34,923 nt of DNA from an uncultured bacterium (GCA_905216075.1 CAJMSO010000001.1:1-34923); one strand, 5' to 3'; positions 1 to 10,546 are shown, counted from the first letter of the stretch. Made by a program: numbers and translations. The notes: a model not told the origin generated them from the sequence alone.

Positions 1-25
1 GCGGCGAGGGCTGAAGCCCCGCCGC
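1..25 (-). terminator. Hairpin downstream of mrp (probable terminator; any tail lies outside the window)
   Basis: GCGGCG-A-GGGC/TGAA/GCCC-CGCCGC inverted repeat about 40 nt past the mrp stop codon. Confidence 0.45.
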
Positions 26-62
26 CGATTACCAGGACGTCATAGAAGGCGCTCGCGTTCAC

Positions 63-893
63 TTAGGCCTCGTCGGTCTCGTGCGGGGTAATAGCCTCGA
101 CGGCAGAGACTGCCTTGGGCAACATGCCATCGGGCAGCGCGGTCTCAACCTCGCCCTTGTCGCAAGCCTCGGCGAGTGCCGGATTGATGGGAAGCTGCCC
201 TAGAATCTCGAGGTTGTAACGCTCGGCGACCTCGGGGAGCTTGCTCTTGCCAAAGACTTCGATCTTCTTGCCGCAATCGGGGCACTCGATATAGCTCATG
301 TTTTCGACGATTCCCAGAATGGGCACGTTCATCTTCTCGGCCATGTTGACCGCCTTGGCGACGATCATCGAGACCAGATCCTGCGGGCTCGTGACGATGA
401 CGATGCCATCGACGGGCAGCGACTGGAAGACAGTGAGGGCGACGTCGCCCGTTCCCGGAGGCATGTCGACCAGCAGGTAGTCGATGGGGCCCCATGAGGT
501 TTCGCTCCAGAACTGCCTGATGGCACCCGCGATAACCGGGCCGCGCCAGAGCACGGGGTCGGTTTCGTTTTGGAGCAGCAGGTTAGAGCTCATAACCTTG
601 ACGCCGTGCTCGGAGATTTCGGGCAGCATAAGATTGCCGAGGGCATGGACGTGACGTCCGCTCATGCCGAACATCTTAGGGATAGAGGGGCCGGTAATAT
701 CGGCATCGAGGACGCCGACCTTGTGACCGTGGCGGGAAAGCTCCGTGGCGATGGCGCCGGTGACGAATGACTTGCCGACGCCGCCCTTACCGGAAAGCAC
801 GGCGATAACGCGCTTGACCTCGGACAGCGTATTCTCCTCAAATTGCGACGGCGACGTTTGCCCGCCGGCTGCCTGTGCGTGCTCGCAACCCAT
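63..893 (-). CDS. mrp: Mrp/NBP35 (ApbC) Fe-S cluster carrier ATPase
   Basis: Deviant Walker A GKGGVGKS, DADITGPSIP, WRGP, DMPPGTGD, ENMS and CPDC motifs. ATG at 893 follows an AAGGAG RBS, so the ORF-track start at 950 is too long. Confidence 0.95.
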   Translation of the reverse strand: MGCEHAQAAGGQTSPSQFEENTLSEVKRVIAVLSGKGGVGKSFVTGAIATELSRHGHKVGVLDADITGPSIPKMFGMSGRHVHALGNLMLPEISEHGVKVMSSNLLLQNETDPVLWRGPVIAGAIRQFWSETSWGPIDYLLVDMPPGTGDVALTVFQSLPVDGIVIVTSPQDLVSMIVAKAVNMAEKMNVPILGIVENMSYIECPDCGKKIEVFGKSKLPEVAERYNLEILGQLPINPALAEACDKGEVETALPDGMLPKAVSAVEAITPHETDEA

Positions 894-948
894 GTTTGAC
901 TCCTTTGTATATGTTGGGGCCGGAGCCCCGCGGTGTGACACGAGCGTC

Positions 949-978
949 ATTGTACCCTCGTTTGCGAGCGGGAGTCAT
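949..978 (-). promoter_or_regulatory. Putative sigma70-type promoter of mrp
   Basis: On the minus strand ATGACT (978-973), 18 nt spacer, TACAAT (954-949). Confidence 0.55.
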
Positions 979-1038
979 TTGCGATGCATTTGGGCCGAGC
1001 GTGCTTGCAATACGATGGGCCCAAGCGAATGGGCGGGC

Positions 1039-3192
1039 TTACTGAACTTTGCTGGCGAACTCGAGGTATTGCATGCGCTGCAGCTTGTCGATCGTCGAGG
1101 TGTATGGGCTGTCTTCAGATTCCAAGTTGTAGCGCAGCCCGTCGGCACCGAGATAGCCGGCGACATTGATGGTGGGCACATCTGACCTTGTTGCAAGCAG
1201 GGCCTTTTGATAGTCGGTGAGCGGGGCGCCGATCTTATTAAGGGTAATGGCTGCAATCTCGTTTGCCCCGACGGTGTCGTAGACGTTGAGCTCGGTATTG
1301 CCGGCGATTTCATAGTTAGCCCAGACGAAATAGGTTGACTGATAGACACGGAAAGCGTGGCTTGCCGTATCTTCCTGAGGGTACAGCTCGTCGTTGAGAG
1401 TCGTTGCGGCGCTCGGCTGATGGTCGCCAAAAAAGACAAGAACAACCGGTCTGCCGATATTGCGGAGCTCGTTGATAAAGTACTCGAGGTCCCGGTCGGA
1501 TGCGTTGATGCAGGTGAGATAGGTGTTGAGCGCGCTATTGGCGCCCTCGCTGGCTCCCTCGACCCAATAGTTTGTCAGCTCTTCGGCGGGAACGGTGCCA
1601 TAGTCGTAGCCGCCGTGATTTTGCATCGTGACGTCAAAGATGAACTGCGGCGCTTCGTCGGTTCTAAGCAGGTCGAGTATCTTGTCGTAGGTGGCGTAGT
1701 CGCATACGCCGGCATGGTAACAGGGCGCACCTTCGAAATCGCCGATTGAAAGAAAGTCTCCAAAGCCCAGCTGCTGATAGATCTTATCTCGATGGTAGTT
1801 GACGGGGTTTTGCGGGTGCATAGCGGTAGCGGTATACCCAAGCTCTTTAAGGTCCTTTGCCAGGCTGTTGACGCCATTCATCTGATACAGCTGATAGGGG
1901 ATCTTGCCTAATCCGACAAAGGCCGTTGTCGCTCCGGTCAAAAATTCGAATTCGGAGTTTGCCGTTCCGCCACCGGTGACCGAAGCGAGCATGGTGCCGC
2001 GAACAAGTGTGTCGGGAAGCGAGTTGTAGAATGCGGGGCCGGTGTACCCGGCCGCCTGGAGCTGCTCAAAGCACGAAAGGTCGCTAAAACTCTCGTTCAT
2101 GACGGCAACAATCGTCGGCTTGATTTCATTGAACTGGGCAACGGCAGCCGCGCGCTGCTCGCTCGAGCCATACGTGCTGTCGTAGGCGGCGGCGAGCTCC
2201 TGCTCGATGCTCTGCGCCTCATCGGGCGTATAGCCTTCGGGCTTCTCAATGGGCAACTCGTTGGCCATTTCGGTGAACGAAGTGATAAAACCCTGAGACG
2301 TATATGTGGTGATGGGCTGCCAACGGTCAAATCCAAAATCCAGCGCCTGCTCCAAGTCGATGCTGGAAAAGCCCGAGAGCTCCACAACGGTCACTAGCAG
2401 AAAAGCGCAGAGGTTAGCGGCGATTGCGGGGAAGACATGGGTGGGCGTACGGAGCTTTCGCGGTCGGATAAGCGAAAGAAGCCCCAGGGAAATCTCCAGC
2501 AGGGCGAGAGAGGTTACGATTCCGGCGGTAAAGGTAAACTCGTATCCCTCGCTCACTTCCATTGCGGTGCCGAGGGCCAAGATATCGCTTGGCAGGATGG
2601 CTTCGCCTTTAAACGTTATGACGAAGTGCTCGGCAATGCCAAGGATGCAACAGGCGACGGGCACGAGGGCCATGACGCCTCCATGACGCTGTCCCAGCAA
2701 ATAAAGGGAGAGCAGAACCGTCGCGAGCAGCCCGACGGAAAACCCGAATGAGTTGGCGGGAATGCGATAGAACGTTTCGTTACAGGCAATTTCGAGTGAA
2801 ACGAACGAGAGCGCTGAAACAGCGGCGATGACAAGGATGTCACGGCAAATACAGGCAACCGTTCCCGTCGCAAGATCGGTTTGGTCGATATGTCCCGAAA
2901 CCAAGGGCTCGACAAGAAGTATGACGGCGGCAGCACCGAGCGCCGAATAAGAAAGGACCCATAGGGAATTGTCCTCATTTACGAGCAATTGATTCGTAAT
3001 CCATGCAGCTACCATGCCGAGCGGGATGAGGAGCGTCGCGCACCAAAAGACGCGGGCAATGGGCGGCTTTTCATTGTGTTTGATTGAAAAATACACGCGC
3101 ACGACGACGGTGGCCACGATAAGGACGGCGATGAATATGGGCAGATTGGCCATGTCGCTCGAAGTGATTTCAAGGGGGATATCTTCGGTCAT
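1039..3192 (-). CDS. LTA synthase family (LtaS/MdoB-like) membrane phosphoglycerol transferase, sulfatase fold
   Basis: Multiple N-terminal TM helices. C-terminal domain has NESF, GGGTANSEFE (catalytic Thr), TMQNH and FFGDHQP. ATG 3192 follows AGAGGAAC. Confidence 0.85.
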   Translation of the reverse strand: MTEDIPLEITSSDMANLPIFIAVLIVATVVVRVYFSIKHNEKPPIARVFWCATLLIPLGMVAAWITNQLLVNEDNSLWVLSYSALGAAAVILLVEPLVSGHIDQTDLATGTVACICRDILVIAAVSALSFVSLEIACNETFYRIPANSFGFSVGLLATVLLSLYLLGQRHGGVMALVPVACCILGIAEHFVITFKGEAILPSDILALGTAMEVSEGYEFTFTAGIVTSLALLEISLGLLSLIRPRKLRTPTHVFPAIAANLCAFLLVTVVELSGFSSIDLEQALDFGFDRWQPITTYTSQGFITSFTEMANELPIEKPEGYTPDEAQSIEQELAAAYDSTYGSSEQRAAAVAQFNEIKPTIVAVMNESFSDLSCFEQLQAAGYTGPAFYNSLPDTLVRGTMLASVTGGGTANSEFEFLTGATTAFVGLGKIPYQLYQMNGVNSLAKDLKELGYTATAMHPQNPVNYHRDKIYQQLGFGDFLSIGDFEGAPCYHAGVCDYATYDKILDLLRTDEAPQFIFDVTMQNHGGYDYGTVPAEELTNYWVEGASEGANSALNTYLTCINASDRDLEYFINELRNIGRPVVLVFFGDHQPSAATTLNDELYPQEDTASHAFRVYQSTYFVWANYEIAGNTELNVYDTVGANEIAAITLNKIGAPLTDYQKALLATRSDVPTINVAGYLGADGLRYNLESEDSPYTSTIDKLQRMQYLEFASKVQ

Positions 3193-3310
3193 GGACGTTC
3201 CTCTGTTACAGCAAATTAAGTTCAGTAGTAGATTACTGTAACCTTTCCACGGCATTTCGAGAAACAAAGCATCCGATACGCAAAGCTAAAGGTCTGCGAA
3301 TCTTGTATTA

Positions 3311-3324
3311 CGAACATCTGTGCG
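3311..3324 (+). promoter_or_regulatory. Putative LexA (SOS) box upstream of uvrA
   Basis: CGAAC-ATCT-GTGCG, one mismatch from the Gram-positive CGAAC-N4-GTTCG consensus, ending about 60 nt before the uvrA start. TATGAT -10-like hexamer at 3352-3357. Confidence 0.65.
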
Positions 3325-3385
3325 CGTCGAGTGCGCTAAACTCATCGACAGTATGATTCGATGCAATAGGAGGCAAGGAGCTTCC

Positions 3386-6265
3386 ATGTCTGATTCTTCT
3401 ATCGTTATTCGCGGCGCTCGTGAGCACAACCTCCGTGATATCGATGTTTCCATTCCGCGTGACCAACTCGTGGTCATTACCGGTCTTTCTGGCTCGGGCA
3501 AGAGTTCGCTGGCATTTGACACTATCTATGCCGAGGGCCAGCGTCGATACGTCGAGAGCCTTTCGAGCTATGCGCGCCAGTTCTTGGGCCAGATGGACAA
3601 ACCCGACTTGGATTCAATCGACGGCCTTTCGCCGGCGGTGTCGATCGACCAAAAGACGACGTCTAAAAACCCTCGCTCGACGGTTGGCACCGTAACCGAG
3701 ATTTATGACTATCTGCGCCTGCTGTTCGCCCGTGTGGGCACCCCGCACTGTCCCGAATGCGGCCGCGTCATTGAGCGTCAGACGACCGACCAGGTTGCCG
3801 ACAAGGTCTTGGCGGCGGGGGAGGGCCGCCGCGCGTTTGTGCTGGCACCGGTGGTGCGCGGGCGAAAAGGCGAGTACACCAAACTGTTTGAGGACCTTCG
3901 CGCCGAGGGCTTTAGCCGCGTGCGTGTCGACGGTGAAGTGCGCTCGCTCGACGATCCGATCGATCTGGACAAGAAGTTCAAGCACGATATCGAGGTCGTA
4001 GTCGATCGCATCGTGATCCGTGAGAACTCTCTGGGCCGTATCGCCGAGTCTGTTGAGCAGGCGACCGCGCTGGCTCACGGCAATGTAAACGTGTACATGC
4101 TGCCCGATCGTGATGCTCCCGAGGGGACCGAGGGCGAGCTGCTGGAGTATTCGTTGGCCTTGGCGTGCCCGGAGCATGGTCACTCCATTGACGATCTTCA
4201 GCCGCGTGATTTTTCGTTCAACGCTCCCTATGGCGCATGTCCTGAGTGCGACGGCCTGGGCTTTAAGAAAACCGTTGATGCCGAGGCGTTGATCGAGGAC
4301 CCCTCGAAGTCCATTGCTGACGGAGTCTTTGGTAGCCTGTTTGGCAACTCGAACTACTATCCGCAGATTTTTGCTGCGGTCTGCAAACACTTTAAGGTGA
4401 GCACCGATACGCCGTGGGAGGACTTGCCCCCTCGCGTGCGTCGTGCATTCTTGGATGGCCTGGGCGATACGAAGATCTCGGTCGACTACCAAAAGCTCGA
4501 CGGACGTCGCAGCCAGTGGGATACCAAGTTTTCGGGCGTTCGCAACATCCTGTACGAACGCTATACCGAGACGACGAACGAGAACACCAAGGCGCGCCTG
4601 GAGAAGTACATTCGCGAGGAGCCGTGCTCGAGCTGCCACGGCGCTCGTTTGCGCCCTGAGATGCTCGCCGTCACCGTGGGCGGCAAGTCCATTTACGAGG
4701 TTTGTTGCCTGTCGTGCCGTGAATCGCTCGAGTTTTTTGAGGGCCTGGAACTCACCGAGCGCCAACAGTTTATCGGCGGCCGTATCGTCAAGGAAATCCT
4801 GGAGCGCTTGCGTTTTCTGGTCGATGTTGGACTCGACTATCTGACGCTCGATCGTGCCTCGGCGACGCTTTCCGGTGGCGAGGCGCAGCGTATTCGCCTG
4901 GCAACGCAGATCGGCGCGGGTCTCATGGGCGTGCTCTATATTCTGGACGAGCCCTCGATCGGTCTTCATCAGCGTGACAACGAGCGCTTGATCAAGACGC
5001 TCGAGCGCCTGCGCGATATCGGCAATACCGTTATCGTCGTCGAACACGACGAGGATACAATCCGTGCCGCCGATTACGTGATCGACATGGGGCCCGGCGC
5101 CGGCGTCAACGGCGGACACGTAGTCGCGGCGGGACCCCCTGCCGATATCATGGCGTGTCCTGAGTCGATGACGGGCGCTTATCTGACCGGCAAACGAATG
5201 ATCCGGGTGCCTGATGAACGGCGCAAGCCCGGTCGCGGCTGCCTTAAAATTACGGGCGCTCGAGCCAACAACCTCAAAAACGTTACTGCCAAAATCGAGT
5301 TTGGTACGCTTACGGTTGTTACCGGCGTGTCGGGATCGGGCAAGAGCTCCCTGGTTACCGATACCATTGCGCCTGCCCTTACGAATGCCATTCACCGTTC
5401 GACGCGCCCTGTGGGTCCATATAAGAAAATCGAGGGCATCGAGTGTATCGATAAGGTTATCGATATCGACCAGTCGCCGATTGGCCGCACGCCGCGTTCC
5501 AACCCTGCTACCTATATCGGCCTGTGGGATGATCTTCGCGCGCTGTTTGCGAGTACGCCGGAGTCGAAGGCGCGCGGCTACTCGCCGGGTCGTTTCTCCT
5601 TTAATGTGAGTGGCGGGCGCTGTGAGGCGTGCAAGGGCGACGGGCAGATCAAGATCGAGATGCACTTCCTTCCTGATATCTACGTTCCCTGCGAAGTTTG
5701 CGGCGGTAAACGCTACAACCGCGAGACACTCGAGGTCACCTACCGTGGCAAGACCATCTCGGACGTGCTCGACATGAGCGTCACCGAGGCGCTGGCCTTC
5801 TTTGGGAATATCCCGCAGATTAAGCGCAAGCTCCAGACGCTGTACGATGTAGGCTTGGGCTACGTGAGCCTGGGCCAGCCCGCCACGACGCTTTCGGGCG
5901 GCGAGGCGCAGCGTGTGAAACTCGCCAAGGAGCTTCATCGACGCCAGACGGGCAAGACGTTCTATATTTTGGACGAGCCGACGACCGGCCTTCATTTTGA
6001 GGACGTCCGCCAGCTGCTCGATGTGCTGCAGCGCTTGGTCGATGCGGGCAACACGGTGCTGGTGATTGAACACAACCTTGATGTCATCAAGGTTGCCGAC
6101 CGCCTGATCGATATGGGTCCCGAGGGCGGTAACGGCGGCGGAACCGTCGTGGTTTCGGGCACACCGGAGCAGGTTGCGGACTGTCCGCAGAGTTATACGG
6201 GCAAGTTTTTGGCGCCGTTGCTCAGGCGTGACCGGGAGCGTCAGGCTCAACTTGATGCTCAATAA
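3386..6265 (+). CDS. uvrA: Excinuclease ABC subunit A
   Basis: GAREHNL, two Walker A motifs ([18 protein letters not shown]), two LSGGEAQR signatures, CxxC zinc fingers. AAGGAG RBS before ATG 3386. Confidence 0.99.
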   Translation: MSDSSIVIRGAREHNLRDIDVSIPRDQLVVITGLSGSGKSSLAFDTIYAEGQRRYVESLSSYARQFLGQMDKPDLDSIDGLSPAVSIDQKTTSKNPRSTVGTVTEIYDYLRLLFARVGTPHCPECGRVIERQTTDQVADKVLAAGEGRRAFVLAPVVRGRKGEYTKLFEDLRAEGFSRVRVDGEVRSLDDPIDLDKKFKHDIEVVVDRIVIRENSLGRIAESVEQATALAHGNVNVYMLPDRDAPEGTEGELLEYSLALACPEHGHSIDDLQPRDFSFNAPYGACPECDGLGFKKTVDAEALIEDPSKSIADGVFGSLFGNSNYYPQIFAAVCKHFKVSTDTPWEDLPPRVRRAFLDGLGDTKISVDYQKLDGRRSQWDTKFSGVRNILYERYTETTNENTKARLEKYIREEPCSSCHGARLRPEMLAVTVGGKSIYEVCCLSCRESLEFFEGLELTERQQFIGGRIVKEILERLRFLVDVGLDYLTLDRASATLSGGEAQRIRLATQIGAGLMGVLYILDEPSIGLHQRDNERLIKTLERLRDIGNTVIVVEHDEDTIRAADYVIDMGPGAGVNGGHVVAAGPPADIMACPESMTGAYLTGKRMIRVPDERRKPGRGCLKITGARANNLKNVTAKIEFGTLTVVTGVSGSGKSSLVTDTIAPALTNAIHRSTRPVGPYKKIEGIECIDKVIDIDQSPIGRTPRSNPATYIGLWDDLRALFASTPESKARGYSPGRFSFNVSGGRCEACKGDGQIKIEMHFLPDIYVPCEVCGGKRYNRETLEVTYRGKTISDVLDMSVTEALAFFGNIPQIKRKLQTLYDVGLGYVSLGQPATTLSGGEAQRVKLAKELHRRQTGKTFYILDEPTTGLHFEDVRQLLDVLQRLVDAGNTVLVIEHNLDVIKVADRLIDMGPEGGNGGGTVVVSGTPEQVADCPQSYTGKFLAPLLRRDRERQAQLDAQ

Positions 6266-6283
6266 ATAGGCGATTCAGTTTAT

Positions 6284-6318
6284 GGGCGCCATCGACTCCT
6301 TGTGATTCGATGGCGCTT
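6284..6318 (+). terminator. Hairpin after uvrA (possible terminator)
   Basis: GGGCGCCATCGA / TCGATGGCGCTT stem with a weak U tail. A TATACT -10-like hexamer follows at 6355-6360, before ybaK. Confidence 0.45.
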
Positions 6319-6397
6319 GCTGTGCCGAAGTGACGTATGCAGCCGAATTGGACATATACTTAATCCTTGCGTCCGAATGCGAGGGAAAGGATATGTC

Positions 6398-6898
6398 ATG
6401 GCAAAGGCTGTAAAGACGCCAAAAACCAATGCGATGCGCGAGCTGGAAAGCGCCGGCATTTCCTATGTTCTACATACGTACGAAGACGATGGTGATGAGT
6501 CGGTGGGCCTGGGTGTCGCGATTTCGGAGCAGCTTGGCGAGGAGCCCGGTCAAGGATTTAAGACTTTGGTCTGCGTGACACCGTCCAACGACTATGTCGT
6601 GTGCTGTATCCCTGTTGCCGACGAGCTCGATCTAAAGTCCGCCGCGCGTGCCGCGGGGGAGAAGTCCTTGGCCTTGATGCATGTGAAGGATTTGCTTGCG
6701 GCGACTGGCTACGTTCGCGGCGGCTGCAGCCCGGTCGGTATGAAAAAACGCTACCGGACGCTCATTGATGAGACATGTGTCCTTTGGGATACCATTTTTA
6801 TTTCGGGAGGCAAGCGTGGTTATCAGCTCGAGCTTGCACCCGATGATTTAATTGCATTTTGCGGGGCGACGGTTGCCGCGATTACGAGAGAGGACTGA
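6398..6898 (+). CDS. ybaK: Cys-tRNA(Pro) deacylase, YbaK/EbsC family
   Basis: KTNAMR, FKTLV, LDLK, TGYVRGGCSPVG and ISGGKRG motifs. GAAAGGA RBS before ATG 6398. Confidence 0.93.
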   Translation: MAKAVKTPKTNAMRELESAGISYVLHTYEDDGDESVGLGVAISEQLGEEPGQGFKTLVCVTPSNDYVVCCIPVADELDLKSAARAAGEKSLALMHVKDLLAATGYVRGGCSPVGMKKRYRTLIDETCVLWDTIFISGGKRGYQLELAPDDLIAFCGATVAAITRED

Positions 6899-6901
6899 GC
6901 G

Positions 6902-8584
6902 ATGGCGCAGGAAGAATTGAAGCGCGGAGCTCATTTTGCAAAAGAATCTGCGCCTCAGACACCCTCATCCGAAGCTTCTTCGTCGCGAGATGACACTGAC
7001 GACATGGGCTCGTCGGACTACTCCACGGTTGGTCGTTCCGCCGGGCTTATGACCATCCTGACCATTGTGTCTCGCGTCACCGGTTTTATCCGCACGTGGG
7101 CAATGGCGGCCGCTATCGGCATGTCGCTACTTTCGTCCTCCTATCAGGTCGCCAACAACCTGCCCAATATGCTCTACGAACTCGTGATGGGCGGCATGCT
7201 CGTGACGGCGTTTTTGCCCGTGTACATGGGCGTGAGGCGTGAGCAGGGTCGCGAGGCCTCGAACGAGTACGTGGGCAACCTGCTCGGCATTCTGCTTTTG
7301 GTGCTGGGTGGCATTTCGTTGCTGGGGACCGTGTTCGCCCCGGGCTTTATCTGGACGCAATCGTTCCTTTCGGGTGACGGCGGCAGCATGGATACCGCTG
7401 CGTTCATGTTCCGTTTCTTTGCCATCCAGATTCTGTTTTATGGTTTGGGCTCGGTGTTCTCGGGCGTTCTCAACGCACACCGCGACTACTTCTGGTCGAC
7501 GTTTGCCCCGGTCCTCAACAATGTGATCGTCATTGCGAGCTTTATGGGTTTTGCGCCCGTGTCCGCACAGTTTGGCGAACGTGCCGGCATCATCTTGATT
7601 GCGGCCGGTACGACCCTCGGTGTCTTTGTTCAGATGGCATGTCAGATTCCCGCGCTTAGCAAGCACGGCGTGCATCCCCATATCCATATCGACTTTAAGG
7701 ACCCCGCGCTGCGCCAGACGATTGCGCTCGGTATCCCGACGCTGCTCGCCACGGTGTGCATGTTTGTCTCGACTTCTATCACCAACGCTGCCGCGCTGGT
7801 GGTCCAGCCCGAGACTGGTCCTTCCGTCATCGCCTATGCGCGCCTGTGGTACACGCTGCCCTACGCGCTGATTGCCGCCTCGCTTTCGACGGCGCTCTAT
7901 ACCGAGCTCTCTCACGACGCACAGGAGAAGGATTACGACAGCGTACGCACGGGCATTTCGCGTGGCGTCGCCCAGATGCTGTTCTTCCTGATTCCGTTCG
8001 CACTGTACCTGATTGTCTTCGCACGTCCGCTCAACATGATCTACTGTGCTGGCAAGTTCGATGAATCCGGAGTGGCGCTGGTGTCCGAGTACCTTGTCTA
8101 CCTAGCGCTCTCGCTGCCGCTCTACGGCGTGGTCGTGTTGATGCAGAAGAGCTTCTCTGCCTTGCTCGACATGAAGCCCTATAGCCGCTATTGCCTGTAT
8201 TCTGCCATCGGCCAGGCCGGCTCGGTTCTGCTGTTTGGCGTTGTGCTGGGCTTCGGTATGCCGGCAATCGCGCTTTCGTATGTTGTCGACTACGTGATCT
8301 TGGTCGGCTGTTCGCTGTGGTGGCTGCGTCGTCGCCTGCGTGGCCTTCAGGTCAAATCTATCCTGCATGGCGGTTTCTTTGGCCTTTTGCTCGGTGGTCT
8401 AGGTGCTGCCGCAGGCGCCGGCGTCATGTGGGTGCTTGAACACTTTGTCGGGGCACTTGGCGGCTCGATTCTGATTACTCTTGGCTACGTTTGCGTTGCG
8501 GGTGTCGTCTCGCTTGCTGTTACCTTTGGCCTTGCCGTCGTCCTTAAGATGCCTGAGGTCTCGGCGCTGCTTCGTCGCAAGTAG
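6902..8584 (+). CDS. murJ: Lipid II flippase MurJ (MviN)
   Basis: SRVTGFIR, ANNLPNMLYELVMGG, AFLPVY, APVLNNV motifs; many TM segments. Confidence 0.9.
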   Translation: MAQEELKRGAHFAKESAPQTPSSEASSSRDDTDDMGSSDYSTVGRSAGLMTILTIVSRVTGFIRTWAMAAAIGMSLLSSSYQVANNLPNMLYELVMGGMLVTAFLPVYMGVRREQGREASNEYVGNLLGILLLVLGGISLLGTVFAPGFIWTQSFLSGDGGSMDTAAFMFRFFAIQILFYGLGSVFSGVLNAHRDYFWSTFAPVLNNVIVIASFMGFAPVSAQFGERAGIILIAAGTTLGVFVQMACQIPALSKHGVHPHIHIDFKDPALRQTIALGIPTLLATVCMFVSTSITNAAALVVQPETGPSVIAYARLWYTLPYALIAASLSTALYTELSHDAQEKDYDSVRTGISRGVAQMLFFLIPFALYLIVFARPLNMIYCAGKFDESGVALVSEYLVYLALSLPLYGVVVLMQKSFSALLDMKPYSRYCLYSAIGQAGSVLLFGVVLGFGMPAIALSYVVDYVILVGCSLWWLRRRLRGLQVKSILHGGFFGLLLGGLGAAAGAGVMWVLEHFVGALGGSILITLGYVCVAGVVSLAVTFGLAVVLKMPEVSALLRRK

Positions 8585-10531
8585 GTGCGTGTGGCCGGTC
8601 ACGACAACATTCCAACGCTTGCCGAGCAGGTTTCGCGCGTTCCCACACAGCCCGGATGCTACCTTTGGAAGGATGCCAAGGGCGATGTCATCTACGTGGG
8701 CAAGGCAAAAAACTTGCGTTCCCGTATGCGCCAGTACGTGACACTGCAGGATGAGCGTCAAAAGATCCCGCTGATGATGCAGCTGGTGGCGAGCTTTGAC
8801 TATATCGTGGTGGAGACCGAGCACGAGGCGTTGGTGCTCGAGCGCAATTTGATTGGTCAGTACCATCCGTACTTTAACGTCGACCTCAAGGATGACAAGA
8901 GCTACCCCTTTATCGCCATTACAAAGGGCGACCTGTATCCCGCTATCAAATATACGCGCGAGCGTCATAAGCCGGGAACGCGTTATTTTGGTCCCTATAC
9001 CGATAGCCGTGCGGCACGTGAGACGATAGATACGCTGCGCAAGGTTATCCCCATCTGCTCCGCATCCTGTGCGGAGTGGCGTCGTTGTCGTCGTATCGTC
9101 GAGTCCCACAGGGGCGAGGAAGACATCGTCAATATGATTTGCGCGCAAAACGGGCGTCCCTGCTTTGACTACCATGTCGGGCGCGGCCCGGGTGCGTGTG
9201 TCGGCGCGATTTCTCCTACGGACTATGCCAAGAACGTCAAACGTGTCGAACGTTTTTTGTCGGGCCATCGCAAGGATGTCGTCGATGAGCTGACCTCCGA
9301 GATGACGGATGCCGCCGAGGCGCTCGACTTTGAGCGCGCGGCACGCGTCAAACGTCGTTTGGAGGTCATCAGGGGTCTGGACGACCGTCAGCAAGTCGTT
9401 TTTCCCTCCAGTGTCGATATCGATGTCATCGGTTTCTATCGCGAGGAGACCATCTCCGCCGCTTGCGTCTTTGTCGTGCGTGAGGGTCGAACGGTTCGAA
9501 CCTGCGAGTTCATTCTTGACAAGGGTCTTGATGTTGACGAGGAAGAGCTCCAGTCGGGCTTTCTTAAGCGCTATTACGACGAGACGGCCGATATTCCAGC
9601 TGAGATAAACCTCTCTGTCGAGCTTGAGGATGCGGAGGCGCTGGGGGAGTGGCTTGCAGGCAAGCGCGAGCGTTCCTGCCATCTCCATAGGCCGCAGCGT
9701 GGCGAAAAGCACCGTTTGCTCGATATGGCATCCAAAAATGCGCGCCATGCCCTCATGCGCTACATGATGCGAACGGGGTACGCTGACGACCGCACCAATC
9801 AAGCGCTCCTGGAGCTCGAAAGCGCGCTGGCGCTGCCGGCGCCGCCGATGCGTATCGAGTGCTTCGATATCTCGACGCTGCATGGAACCTTTACCGTCGC
9901 CTCGATGGTGGTGTTTACCAACGGACGCGCCGACAAGAGCCAGTACCGTCGTTTTAAAATTCAGGCCGAATTGGACGAGGCAAACGACTTCGTGTCGATG
10001 TCCGAGGTTTTGGGACGACGCTATGCTCCCGAGCGCATGGCCGACGAGCGCTTTGGCTCGCGCCCCGATTTGCTCGTTGTCGATGGCGGTAAGCCGCAAT
10101 TGACCGCTGCGATCAAGCAACTTGAGGCTCTTGGGCTCGATATACCAGTTTGTGGCTTGGCAAAGGCCGATGAGGAAGTTTTTGTGCCTTGGGACGAGAC
10201 TCCCGTCGTGCTGCCGACCGGGTCTGCTTCGCTCTATCTAATTAAACAGGTGCGCGATGAATCGCACCGTTTTGCAATCACATTCCATCGTGAGTTGCGC
10301 GATAAAGCCATGACAGTTTCGGTACTCGATGACGTTCCAGGCGTGGGACCCACCAGAAAACGTGCCCTTATGCGCCATTTTGGTTCGATGAAGCGTTTGC
10401 GCGCGGCGAGCGAGCAAGAGATCGCGGAAGTTCGCGGCATACCTGCCGATGTTGCCAAGGCGGTCCACGAGGCGCTCGTTGCGTGGAATGCCGAGCGCGC
10501 CGAGGCGGCGGCTGGCCATTCCGATAGCTAA
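8585..10531 (+). CDS. uvrC: Excinuclease ABC subunit C
   Basis: GIY-YIG domain (PGCYLWK..IYVGKAKNLRSR), UVR domain (LDFERAARVK), RIECFDIS, VDGGKPQL, RDESHRFAI and a C-terminal HhH (PGVGPTRK). The GTG start directly follows the murJ stop. Confidence 0.98.
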   Translation: MRVAGHDNIPTLAEQVSRVPTQPGCYLWKDAKGDVIYVGKAKNLRSRMRQYVTLQDERQKIPLMMQLVASFDYIVVETEHEALVLERNLIGQYHPYFNVDLKDDKSYPFIAITKGDLYPAIKYTRERHKPGTRYFGPYTDSRAARETIDTLRKVIPICSASCAEWRRCRRIVESHRGEEDIVNMICAQNGRPCFDYHVGRGPGACVGAISPTDYAKNVKRVERFLSGHRKDVVDELTSEMTDAAEALDFERAARVKRRLEVIRGLDDRQQVVFPSSVDIDVIGFYREETISAACVFVVREGRTVRTCEFILDKGLDVDEEELQSGFLKRYYDETADIPAEINLSVELEDAEALGEWLAGKRERSCHLHRPQRGEKHRLLDMASKNARHALMRYMMRTGYADDRTNQALLELESALALPAPPMRIECFDISTLHGTFTVASMVVFTNGRADKSQYRRFKIQAELDEANDFVSMSEVLGRRYAPERMADERFGSRPDLLVVDGGKPQLTAAIKQLEALGLDIPVCGLAKADEEVFVPWDETPVVLPTGSASLYLIKQVRDESHRFAITFHRELRDKAMTVSVLDDVPGVGPTRKRALMRHFGSMKRLRAASEQEIAEVRGIPADVAKAVHEALVAWNAERAEAAAGHSDS

Positions 10532-10546
10532 ACACGAGCCTAAACT

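Noticed and set aside
3614..6262. 882-aa antisense ORF, and similar ones opposite uvrC, the SBP genes, nanA, gap, pgk, gpmI and opp genes
   Set aside because: Each mirrors a well-supported sense gene, which is typical of high-GC genomes.
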